A stretch of DNA of 64,000 nt from Sphyrna mokarran (taxonomy: Eukaryota). The DNA lies in the NCBI GenBank assembly GCA_024679065.1, contig JAGIQG010000002.1:65906001-65970000 (forward strand), in the 5' to 3' direction. The notes below the pieces were generated by a model. The model was not told where the DNA came from, made no database searches, and saw nothing but the letters and a program-made list of their open reading frames with translations. Made by a program: the position numbers and the translations under genes. Shown here one piece after another: positions 51,158 through 62,382 of the stretch (its first letter is position 1; each line of letters begins with the position of its first letter).

Positions 51158-53160
51158 ACAAAGAACAAAGAACAAAGATCAACACAGCACGGGAAACAGG
51201 CCCTTCGGCCCAATGAGCCCGCTCCGCCGTCCTAACGTCTTAATGACATATAGAGACCAATATAGGGACAATTTGTTACCCAATCAGCCTAAGAGCACAT
51301 TTTTGGGATGTGGGAGGAAACCGGAGCACCCGGAGAAAACCCACGCAACCACGGGGAGAACGAGCAAACTCCCGCAGACACAGGCCCAAATCCATGTGTC
51401 TGCACAGCAACAGACATAGTCTCTGAGCTGTCATGTTGCCCATCTGATGGTCCAGTTTAAGCATACACTAACGACATGAAGCACAAGGCCACTCCTGAAG
51501 TAACATACAAGAGCAGCCCTCGCACGACCTGCCGAATGCATGCGCCTTGTTGGTCAACAAGGTGGACCGAATAGCCTGTGGAAACAAATAAAGTATTTAA
51601 ACAGTCCTCCTATATCCCTCTATCTGCAGACTGCTCATGTGTCTGTCCAAGAGACCCTTAAACAACCCTAGCGTGCCTGCTCCCACCACCCCACTCGGTA
51701 GTGCATTCACCCCCACTACCCTTTGTGTGAAAAAATGCCCTCTAATATTCATCTTATACATAGCCCCCCTTACCCTAAGGCCGTGACCCCTCATTCTATC
51801 CGATTCTAATGGTGGAAAAAGCTTACCACCATTTACTCTATCTATACCCCTCATAATCTTATATACCTCTAATAGATCCCCTCTCAGCCGACGTCTTTCA
51901 AGGGAAAACAACCCCAGTGCATTCAATCTTTCCTCGTAAGACAGCCCTTCCATACCAGGCAGCATCCTGGTAAATCTCCTCTGCACTCTCTCCAGGGACT
52001 CCACATCCTTCCGGTAGTACGGCGACCAGAACTGGACGCAGTACTCCAAGTGAGGCCTAACCAACGTTCTACAACTTGCAACATCAAACTCCTACTCTTG
52101 TATTCTATACCCCTTCCTATGAAGGCTAACATACCATACGCTTTCTTTATCACTTTCTCCACCTGTACTGACACCTTCAGAGACTTGTGAACCTGCACCC
52201 CCAGGTCTCTCTGGTCTCTATACTCCGGATAGTTTTACCTTTTATCCTATAACTCCCCTCTACATTATTCCGGCCAAAATGCATCACCTCGCATTTATCC
52301 GGATTAAATTCCATTTGCCATCTATCTGCCCAATCTACCAGCTTATCTATGTCCTGTTGTATTGCCTGGCACTGCTCCTCAGTCCCCGCCAATCCAAGCA
52401 TCTTAGTGTCATCAGCAAATTTGCTGATCACACCACTTACCCCCTCTTCCAAGTCATTCATATAAATCACAAATAGAAGAGGTCCTAGTACTGAGCCCTG
52501 TGGCACACCACTAGTAACTGACCTCCAGTTGGAAAAAGAGCCTTCCACTATTACCCGCTGTCTCCTCCTCCCAAGCCAGTTCTCAACCCATCTACATACC
52601 TGGCCCTGTATCCCATGCGCCTTCACCTTTTCTATCAGCCTACCATGAGGGACCTTATCAAACGCCTTACTGAAATCCATATAGATGACATCAACGGCTT
52701 GTCCTTCATCAACCGTTTTTGTCACCTCTTCAAAAAATTCCACTAGATTCGTAAGGCACGACCTCCCCTTAACGAAGCCATGCTGCGTATCCCCTGATCA
52801 GATCACAGCGCTCCAGATGCTCATACATCCTGTCCCTGAGGATCCTCTCCATTAGCTTACCTATAACTGAAGTCAAGCTCACCGGCCTATAGTTCCCTGG
52901 ATTATCCCTCTGACCCTTTTTAAACCGGTACTACATTTGCAATCCTCCAGTCCTCTGGGACCTCACCTGTGTCCAAAGAAGAGACAAAGATTTGCGTCAG
53001 AGGCCCAGCAATGTTATCTCTCACCTCCCTTAGCAGCCTGGGATAAATACTATCAGGCCCTGGGGCTTTATAAGTCTTTATGCTACCTAAAAGCCCCAAC
53101 ACTTCATCCCTCGTAATGATTATTTCCTTTAACGGGTCCTCAAAATCCTCAAAGCCTCAA
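51158..53160 (-). mobile_element. Young CR1 LINE with chimeric 3' region and 8-bp TSD
   Basis: RT ORFs 52177-52743, 51923-52198 and 51597-52064; tail (tctttgt)n; AGAGATTT at 51150-51157 and 53161-53168. Confidence 0.92.
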
Positions 53161-53409
53161 AGAGATTTGTACACTATTCGAATTTACTGCCAAAAAATAT
53201 GAAGTCTCTTCTTTTTGATTGGTCAACTCTATTTGTGGTCAGAGAAAGAATTTATATACTTATCCCACTGAACCTACCAATGAGATGAATTGTATTTCAC
53301 TAAGTAATCATAGAGTTTTGTTTAGGGAGAACAAAATGCCTGAGAGGATCACACTGCCAGAGCATTGATAGAGTTTGTTATTTTGGGTGAAAGTAAGTTG
53401 ACACTCACA

Positions 53410-53670
53410 CAATGTAGCACAGAGGTTAGCACTGCTGTTTCGCAGTGCCAGAGACCTTTGGTTCAATTCTCGGCTTGGGTCACTGACTGTGTGGAGTTTG
53501 CAAGTTCTCCCCATGTCTGCGTGGGTTTTCTCCCATATTCTAAAAGACGTGCTGGTTCAGTGCATTGACCCAAACAGGTACCGGACTGTAGCGACTAGGG
53601 GAATTTCACAGTCACTTCATTGCAGTGTTAATGTAAGTCTTGCTTGTGACTAATAAATAGACTTAAAACT
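53410..53670 (+). mobile_element. V-domain tRNA-SINE (second tail type)
   Basis: gtagcacagaggttagcactgctg...ggttcaattc head; tail ttcattgcagtgttaatgtaagtcttgcttgtgactaataaa. Confidence 0.85.
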
Positions 53671-54344
53671 TAAATCCAAACTCTTAAATGAGTTACCTTT
53701 CTAAATCTACAGAGCTTCGACAGTTAAAGAATACTGTACAAAAATTTTGTCTGAATTTAATTCTGGAGATTCATTCTGTTTCCGAAGATGTGTTCTTTTG
53801 TTTTCTGATACTGATGCAGTCACCCCATTTTTTACAGTAGAGCAGCCTGAACCAAGTGTGGTAATGTTGCCACTTCCTACGGAAAGTGAAAGTAGTTTCC
53901 TGAGTGGTATTCTAAACTCTTGCATTCTTTGTTTCCTGCGTGTCTGCCAGAGTTTTGTCATTTTTCTTGTTGTCCAGGTTTGTTTGATTCTCAATGTTAA
54001 ATATTCTTTTGACCTTAGTGTAGCGGTGCAGTTCTTTGTTGGAGTTGAAGAGTTACTTCATTTCCACAGGCCTTTCTCCAACATGCTAAGAGGGAGCAGA
54101 CATTTTCTGAGCAAATGCTTGTCTGTATCTTCCTATTCAAGACAGTGTGATTACTGAGGTCCTGCAGCTTTCTTTCTCATATCAGTTTTTCTTTGGGAAG
54201 GTTTCACACTCCTTACAATTTAGTTGTCATAGTGATCACAGCTCAATTCCCAGTAGTTGTGAAAACTGTTGTCCCACTCAGCTGATGATGCTGTCTCCAG
54301 GGAAATGATGGGTACTTGGATGTGTTAAGTCTGAGACTTGAAAC

Positions 54345-54660
54345 CTGAGCAGTGGTTAGCACTGATGCCTCACAACGCCAGGGAGCCAGGTTCAATTCCG
54401 GCCTTGGGTCACTGTCTATTTGAAGTTTGCACATTCTCCTTGTATATGCATGGGTTTCCTTCGGGTGCTCCAGTTTCCTCCCACAGTCCAAAGATGTGCA
54501 GGTTGGGTTGATCGGTCATGCTAAATTGGTGGTATTGTCAGGGAGAATTAGCAGGGTAAATGTGTGGGATTATAGGAATAGGGTCTGGGTGGGATTGTTG
54601 TCGGTACAGACTTGATGGACCGAATGGCCTCCTTCTGTACTGTAGGGATTCTATTATTAT
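54345..54660 (+). mobile_element. V-domain tRNA-SINE, CR1-type tail
   Basis: gcagtggttagcactgatgcctcac...ggttcaattcc; tail ggaccgaatggcctccttctgtactgtagggattcta. Confidence 0.85.
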
Positions 54661-55734
54661 CAGGGAGGTAGTTTCAAAGAAGTCACACAGCAACACAAGC
54701 CACCGGAACATAGAGTTTATTATAGAATTGTGCTTCTACCATTCCAGTCTGTGAATGTCACTCTATGCCCTGGGTCCACCTGACCTTCCTCTGAAAGGGA
54801 ATATGCCTCAAATATATAACTCCATGTATTCAAGACTTCCTCCCAAAGAGCTGAGAACATTGTGGGAGACTGAATCCTTTATGACAGTGACGCAGGTAGG
54901 GGGTGGTAGTGGAGGGAGAAATAGGAATCTGAGTTGGGTAGACCAGTAACAGTAAAGGAGACCACAGAAATTCAGAAAAACAATGTCAATAGTTTCAGAA
55001 ATAGTTGAATGTTATTATTTAAAATGTTCGCATTGTACTTGGGGAAAATGTCACATAATGGCTTACGGTAAAGAGATGGTTGTGCATATTATAATGTCAT
55101 GGTTACATTGACAATCACGTGCTAGAGACTCAGAAGAGCAGCTGGGATAGTCTGCACTCGAGACTGATGCACTTACTTAAGAACTCACCATATATATGGT
55201 ATTCATAAAATTATTTTGAAGTAATCTACCTGGGTCTGACCTGAGTCATTCATGAGTAGAGGGATACTTTCCCAGTTTAGATTAACCCACAAAATAACTC
55301 AAGAAATACAGTCTGTCTCAAAAAATACAAGCTTTGAAAGCACAGATTTTATCACGCTACCCTCTTTGAGAAAAAGAAAGCTATTTCCTGCGGTAAAATT
55401 ATCTTTGCAACAGATTCAAAATACAACACTTTCTGAATGTCATAAACATTTTAACAAATAGTTTATTGTATTTTGTAGACTAGTCTGTATAATTTCACAT
55501 GTCCTTATCTATGGGCTTTATTGAAAGTGTGCATTCCTCATATTTCTTTTTAAAAATCCGTATAGAATGGTGTACAGATTGGGCCCCAGGATAGCATTGA
55601 TAAATGTTTCAAAGGTTTATCATTTGTTCGGTTAATCCTGTCATGAACAACATTGCTGATTGCTGCATGCTGGCTGCTATGAACTGAAACCCAAGAAGAT
55701 ATTTATTCCTGTTGTATTTCTTCTTACTCTCTGG

Positions 55735-56400
55735 ATCCTTCTGTACCATTTAGCACACTGGTAGCACCATACGATACAATTGAGGATGTCCTCAGTGTGG
55801 AGATAGAATTTTATCCCCATTAGGACAGTATGGTGATCATACCTACAGAAGTTGTCATAGATAAATGCATCTGTGACAGGTGAATGCAATGTCCAATCAT
55901 TTTCTTACCTTTAGAGAATCACTTTGGCACATATATCCTTCAGGACTTGGCTCGCTGTTAATAGTGGTGTTACTGAGCAATTCTTAATGATAGATGTTGA
56001 AGTCCACATCCAGAGTAAATTCTGTGCTCTTGCTACTCTCAATGCTTTTTCAAGTGGCATTCAACGTGGAGCAGTAGTGATAGATCAGTTGAGGAAAGGC
56101 GGTAGGTAATAATCAGTTGAAAGCTTCATTGCCCCTGTTTGACCTGATGCCTTGAGATTTCTTGGGTTCAGTGTTAATGTTGACAACTCCCAGGGCCACT
56201 CCGTTCCTGACTCTATCCAAGCTATATCCCACCTTTTTTGATGGGACAAGACTTTTCCGGAAGTGGGATGGAGGAGTCTGAGACATTGGCTGTAAAGTAT
56301 GGTTCAGGGTGTATGATGACGCTTGATTATTCTGTGGAACAGCCCTCCCCAGTCTTGGCACAAGTCCCAGATGTTAGTCAGTGACGCCTTTGCAGGGCTG
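55735..56400 (-). mobile_element. CR1/L2-group LINE APE-endonuclease remnant
   Basis: PVTDAFIYDNFCRYDHHTVL resembles the endonuclease SDH block; DFNIYH-like motif near 55990-56010. Confidence 0.6.
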
Positions 56401-57342
56401 GTTTTGCTTCTGTTGTTCCTGTGTGGTCCAAACAACAGAATTGTTACTTATGTATCCCTATAGTGTTCTGGACAGTGAGCTGAGTCATGGGCCTCATTCT
56501 CTTTAAGTTTGGCTGCTGCATTGTGAGTTTGTAACTGAGGTCATGGCTGTAAATGATAACTTGATTTGCTCATTCTCACAGAGGACCTTCCAACAATGCA
56601 GACACTGTGTACGGGTGCAGAATAAAAGCATCACATCTGCTTCGCTGATAATGTAATTTATTGGAGAATCAGATTTTTGTGATCATAGACTACTTGCCTG
56701 TGTATGTATGCAATTTTGCAGTGCCCCCATTATTGAAAATATATTCAAGCAACAGGGAGATGGAAGCTGTAGTTACTGGAGAGAATTGTGATACTGGAAC
56801 TATTTCCACTCGAGTGGCAAAGTATGATGAAGACCTTAAAAATTTTGAGCAGTTAATAGAGAAAGACAAGTGGCTATCAATTTAAACTTAAATGATGCGG
56901 TGAGATGCTGGGAGGAATTTGAAAGGCTTGTTAGAGTATTGTTAGGAATGCTCTGTCACAAACAATGTTTGAAGAATTGTATGCTGTAAGGGGTGATAAA
57001 TATTTGAAACACAGCAAGATAAAAGACTATGGGAAAGAGAGTCGAGTGATGGGATTACTTTTTGCTAACTATAGCAAAGAGGTATCATGGATAAAATAAT
57101 CTTTCTGTGCTGTAAATATCTATGTTTGTGTAGAGTGGTATTCATTTCTGTTGATCTATATATTTATATCAATAACTGGAGACCTGATGACCAAATGGTA
57201 CCACATATAAAATCCTGGCTCCCTGGAAACACTGGCAGATTTGTATTTCTTTCCTAGTTAATGCAGTCTGAGTCTTCATACATAAACTGTAACTTGTCTT
57301 ATATGGTTAATGTTCCTGAGGTTGTCTGGAAGGATTCTGTTG

Positions 57343-57567
57343 GAAGTCTCACAACACCAGTTCAACAGGTTTATTTGGTAGTAAAGGCCACTAGCTTTCG
57401 GAGCACTGCTCCGTCATCAGGTGAATGGATCTCCCACTCATCTGATGAAGGAGCAACACTCTGACAGCTAGTGGTGTTTACTACCAAATCAACCTGTTGG
57501 ACTTTAACCTGGTGTCGTAAGACTTCTTACTGTGTTTATCCCAGTCCAACGCCGGCATCTCTACATC
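57343..57567. mobile_element. Penelope-derived palindromic element with opposed hammerhead cores
   Basis: Arms gaagtctcacaacaccag..caacaggttt / aacctgttgg..ctggtgtcgtaagacttc; minus core intact at 57396-57420, plus core mutated at 57442-57466. Confidence 0.8.
57396..57420 (-). ncRNA. Minimal hammerhead ribozyme core (Penelope-type)
   Basis: CUGAUGA-c-GGAGC-agu-GCUCC-GAAA. Confidence 0.6.
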
Positions 57568-59649
57568 AGGATTCTGTTGCACAGAGGCCGGATCTGATAA
57601 TGGCTTTCACAGATAAAACCAACACCATCTGCAAGCCAGTCTGTAGCAAGTGACAGAGCTCTGTTACTGACTGTGTGTCTAACTTCCTATCAAACATTTG
57701 GTAGGAGTGGCATGGCCTTTAGACAAATGTTTTTTGGCAACTCACAGCAGCAAATATTCCACCTATAATATTGTTAGACCTCCTCATGAATTGATCTTTC
57801 CCAATCTATATAACGCAACCGGAACACCCAAAGCAACTCTTAGCCTTCAAACTTTGGCAGAAACAATAAATTCAGGAGGAAAGTCTTGCTGAACATCCTG
57901 AATTATTTTTTTACCAAAAGGGCATAAATATACAGAGAAATAAATATATGAGATGTTCAATGCTGATGGACTAAAATAGACATTTTTTTTATTCCAGTAA
58001 CATTGCTCCAAGAATTAGATCAAATCAGATTGAGCATACCGAGTTGTTTCTATGCCAGTTTTATAAGGGAAAGGTGAAGTATGATTAGAGTTGTGTAAGT
58101 CAATGTGAAACTTTATTGTAAGAGCGACACAATGTAAACGTAGGATTAGTTTACCTACGGTGCTGCCTTCTTCCTTTGATAAAATGGGTCTTGCAAAAAT
58201 GGTCTTGCCACAAATTAGATTTTTGAGGTCAAAGATCTGATTTTTCCCACCTATGTTCATTGTCAGCAAGGCTCATCTCCAGCTCTGTAAAAATTACCTG
58301 ATTATATATCACCAATCATTGTACCTTCAGTATCATTGAGTTGTTTTGCTTCTGCATACTGTCGCATGGACAGCTAAATTTAGTGAAATGTGTGTGCTGA
58401 TCTATTTCTATATTTGGAAGTCCTGGGAGAAGTGGTGAAATCCCATATACTTGCAGTAATTTAGGGTTAACTCCGTATTGCACCATGAGAAGAGTTAATC
58501 ATTAAAATAATACATGCTGTTTCATGCTTGGTTGGGAATTAGGTGCAAGTTTTAATTGATTAGGAACTCAATTTGCTGTGAACATGGGAATACGTTGAGA
58601 AGTCGCCAGAACCACAGTGGCATGTTTAATATTATTTTAATAGGACCTTAACAGCTCACAGCGTGTACTTTCAGATGAGTAATTTGAAAAAAATTAGCAA
58701 TTACATATAAAATGTGACAGCTGCTGATTGAATTTAAAGGTTTCTCTACTTGCTGACACCTCTGCCCATAAATGTGTATTTTTAACACAGTGAGAGACTA
58801 TTAAAAGCAACATTGAAGAGGGGTAATAATATTATGGTCTAGCAATTCAATTGGGTCACATCTACCTTTCAAACCAAATGCACTCTGGGACATTTAATAG
58901 GACAGATCCATACACTCATTCCTCTTCATTATGGTACAGGCAGGCAACGAAATTTTCAGGGCCCACAGCTAAAGCATATGCAAGCAGGGGTTTTAATGCC
59001 TATTTGAAACCCTCTTTGTAAAATCATGTTGTCTTGACACAGGACGGACGATACAGGAAAATGCGGTTGACGTGTCCTAACCAGTAGCGCACGAAGAGTC
59101 TTCTGAAGGCCACCACAGAAAATCTTTTTGCAAAATACTTATCTGAATATAGAGCAAGCAGTATCAGGCAGTTTCTCCTTGTCCACAACAGTCTCATTGA
59201 GCATTGCTGGCTTTCCATATCTCTCCTCAAATCATTCCCCTGTCATCCCCCTTGATCTCATTTCTATTGTAAGATTTTACGTTATGTCGTGAACAGACTT
59301 GAGGCTTGTAAACTTTAACAATAGCTGTTTATCAATATCACATAACTATTGTTACAACAAAATAAAAAAGGGTAAACATTTACTCCCATAATTTATCACT
59401 GCAGTCTGGCTCTAACAGGGTTTAGGGTGGATTGAGTGAGGATGTGCTTTGCCAGTATTGCAAAAATCACAATTTCATGCTCCCTAGCATTTCGGGATGG
59501 GGGGTACATTGGAATGATAGGTGGTTGAGAGTTTGTTCCTTTGCATCCCAATGGAATGCAGGTTGTATATTTGGCTGGCTAACAATCTTTCCAATTTCCT
59601 TAATGGGATTTGAGTTGATTAAAAATCCATTCAGAAAATAGAGTTTTAG

Positions 59650-62160
59650 AAGTTTTGTCTTTTGCTTTTAAAGAAAAATCCTTGTGACAACATATACAGG
59701 ATATGATACTGACTATGTGCTAGCTTCACATCGATTTCTACTAGATTTACTATCAAATTCTCCCACTCAAGGGTCAACTTTATGTTGTGCACATGAGCGT
59801 GAAGCTCTAGTTTCACTGCTGCAATTCCTCCTGGTTCTGTGACAACTCCTTGTTCAGTTTGACTCTGAAGTTCAGGTTCAACCTCCTGCTGCTGCTCCTT
59901 CTCCTTTGTATCTTCTGTTCTCAGCATGTTGATGCTCATCTGGAAGCTTGGCTGGTCTGGCTGGAGAAGTCTCATTTCTGCTGTCTACACAGGAACTGGA
60001 ATAACTGTGTCTGCAAGGAATGCAGACATCCCAAACTGAAGTCCCAGTCCAAATGGTCAATTCTGTTCAATCTTCCAGCAATCTCAAGATCTCACTGATG
60101 ACTGCAATGGGTGTTTTGATAGCTTTTGCTGTTTTAAGAAGGTTGAGGGAAACACAAGTGTCCCTGCCCAGGAGAGAAAGAGCTGATTGCAGATGACCTA
60201 CAGAATTTTGTTTTTTCTCTTGTTGCTTCTCTGGGCCGACTCTTGAATCATGTCAATCACTGCTGGCTGGATACATCTGGGATCATTCAGTGGTGCATCT
60301 ACAGCCAGAGGCCTTTCAGCCTTTATTCCTGATCGCTCAGAGCCATCATGTTGGCTTTGGTGTCTAATTTGAAATTTGTGAAGTGTCCCTTTAGATATGT
60401 CAGCGCTCCAAAATTTGAATCTGGGATTTCTCTCAAAAAGTATTGTTGGACTTCTTGATGTAGCTCATTGTTCTCATGGTTAGGCTGATTGGCCATGCTA
60501 AGTTGGCCCAAGTGTCAGGGGGATTAGCAGGGTAAGTGTGTGGAGTTACAGGAATAGGGCCTGAGTGGGATTGTAGTCGGTACAGACGCAATGGGCTGAA
60601 TGGCCTCCTTCTGTTTAGGGATTCTATGACTCATTTGGGATCCTTCACGTATCCTGAGCTTTTGGACTTGCCAGTCTTTTCAAAGTGTCCCAGGTGATTG
60701 CAATGAAAGCACTGCGCAGTGATTGCTAGATACTGCTGACACCCGTGAGGTCTTTTGATTCCATTGCGCTAAGGTGGTCTGCTAACATTTTGTGTTTTGC
60801 TTGGATATTTCCTTATTAATTGGATTGTTGGAGTTGGCCTGTACCACAGTTTAACTTTATCATACAAAATGGATGTGTTTTGCTCGTGGACTTTGTTTGC
60901 CTGACGATTTGGTTGGCTGTTTCCAAAGTCAGACCTTCCTTAGATTGGAGTACATCAGAAAGATCATTGGCCATTCAGTTTCTTAAGGTGTCTGACTTAA
61001 AGTTACCAAGGCCACAGCTTTCAGCCAATCTGTATAACTCATTTATGGAAGAATCTATGGGTTCATCAGGGATTGATCTACCTTTTCCAATTTTGCTCGC
61101 TCCGAACTTTAATTTCTTTTAGGTTAAATTAGGGGTCAAAGGAGTCCAGGAACTCTTCAAGGTAATCAGAAGATTCATTAATTCCTGTCTGACAATTATG
61201 TTATTGGCTATTAGACCTCTGAACACAACAATGTATTAATTTGTTCAACCTCCATTTTCGTATTGAAACTTGATGTTATCATACATCTTAGAAATGCTCT
61301 TCTCCATATAACTCAATTTTGCACCTTGACAGGCCTTTCCTTCTGCCTGAATTGGTCTGGCATGTTTTGATTTACCATCCATGGCAATTTGCAGCACAGA
61401 GACATACAATATTCATTCTTTAAAAATGTTGCTGCAGTGATTGGTTTTTTTCCCTTCCACCATTTGTTGGGATTTGGCAGGTTCCATGACAGTTACAGAA
61501 TCATTTTAAATTTCAGCAATTATACAGAACCTTTTGATTGAATCATTTTAGCCAGCTGGTTGCATTACTGAACTTGCAGAACGTGAGGACAGTTCTTTTG
61601 CTCTGATTTTTCCTTGCATGTGATGGCCATGAGTTAATATGTTAACTCTATATCCAGGCTGCAGTATTGTGCAAATTGTGCTCATTAAAACTCATGTCTG
61701 TGATGCCTGTTAATTGTGTCAAATTTAAAAGCTAATTTTTTGGAATTTGCTCAACCTTTTGCAATCTGGCTAGATCCTTTAACTCTGCTTTTGATCACAA
61801 TCAACCAATTCACTTTATGCTTCATAGTGAATGTTTCTTCTGCTTTCAGCCGCTATGCCCGTGATGGGGCTTCATAGATAAACTCCGGCTGCATTTTCAA
61901 TGTTTTTAAGTTAGGCGCATTTTCTCGGGTTAGACTGCAGTTTCTTTCTTTTATTTGTTGGGATTTTGAGTTTCTTCACCTGCTACCTCCATGTTGTAAT
62001 GTGGTTTATTGTCTCATAAAGAGCTGTAAAGGCTTGCTTGGTTGAACAATAATAACACACATATACAAGATGAAGTCTTGACTAGGTGCTGTTTTCATGC
62101 TGACTTCTACCAGACGAACCATTATACTCTGTTATTCCCATGTGACTCTCTACAGCATAA
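59650..62160 (-). mobile_element. Internally deleted Gypsy element (gag-protease remnant, one LTR)
   Basis: LTR end ...acaaca|TGGAGGTAGCAG at 61992/61991; Zn knuckle AQCFHCNHLGHF (~60680-60717); protease NFKLDTKAN (ORF 60323-60511); LLGRDTCVSLNLL (~60135-60175). Confidence 0.7.
60478..60630 (+). mobile_element. V-SINE 3' fragment, CR1-type tail
   Basis: ggttaggctgattggccatgctaa...gggctgaatggcctccttctg...gggattctatga. Confidence 0.75.
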
Positions 62161-62182
62161 TATGGTGGGAGCGATTTTCATA

Positions 62183-62382
62183 GTAAGAAGTTTGACAACA
62201 CCAGGTTTAAGTCCAACTGATTTGTTATGCTCTGTCTGAGGCCAGAACTCTCCATTCACCTGACGAAAGGGCAAACCCCGAAAGCTTGCGAGTTTACTAT
62301 CAAATAAATCAGTTGGACTTAAACCTGGCATTGTCAGACTTCTTACTGTGTTTACCCCATTCCAACGCCAGCATCTCCACAT
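62183..62382. mobile_element. Penelope-derived palindromic element with hammerhead core
   Basis: Arms gtaagaagtttgacaacaccaggtttaagtccaactgattt / aaatcagttggacttaaacctggcattgtcagacttcttac; CTGACGA-aaGGG-caaa-CCCc-GAAA at 62260-62283. Confidence 0.8.

Larger units (their letters stand above)
49418..55310 (+). mobile_element. Old Gypsy LTR retrotransposon (LTRs 49418-49682 and 55049-55310)
   Basis: Two diverged ~263-bp TG...CA repeats; PBS-like TGGTAGCAG at 49683; short purine tract GGGGAAAA at 55041; Zn-knuckle remnant AECFQCRK (~50186) and protease-like TDFKINSRAGVTIL (50382-50423). Confidence 0.75.

Noticed and set aside
37112-53102. Long RT-like ORFs as host genes
   Set aside because: They are 5'-truncated, frameshifted CR1 ORF2 pieces with LINE tails
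1803-54420. tRNA genes
   Set aside because: All A/B-box motifs seen belong to SINE heads; no cloverleaf was found
49413-55315. TSD of the Gypsy element
   Set aside because: Flanks ggtc and gtct share only three offset bases
59024-59110. miR-187 (lies downstream of GALNT1 in mammals)
   Set aside because: Only ACACAGGAC and CGTGTC words match; mature UCGUGUCUUGUGUUGCAGCC was not found on either strand, and the 12-nt match near 37849 lies in a TE
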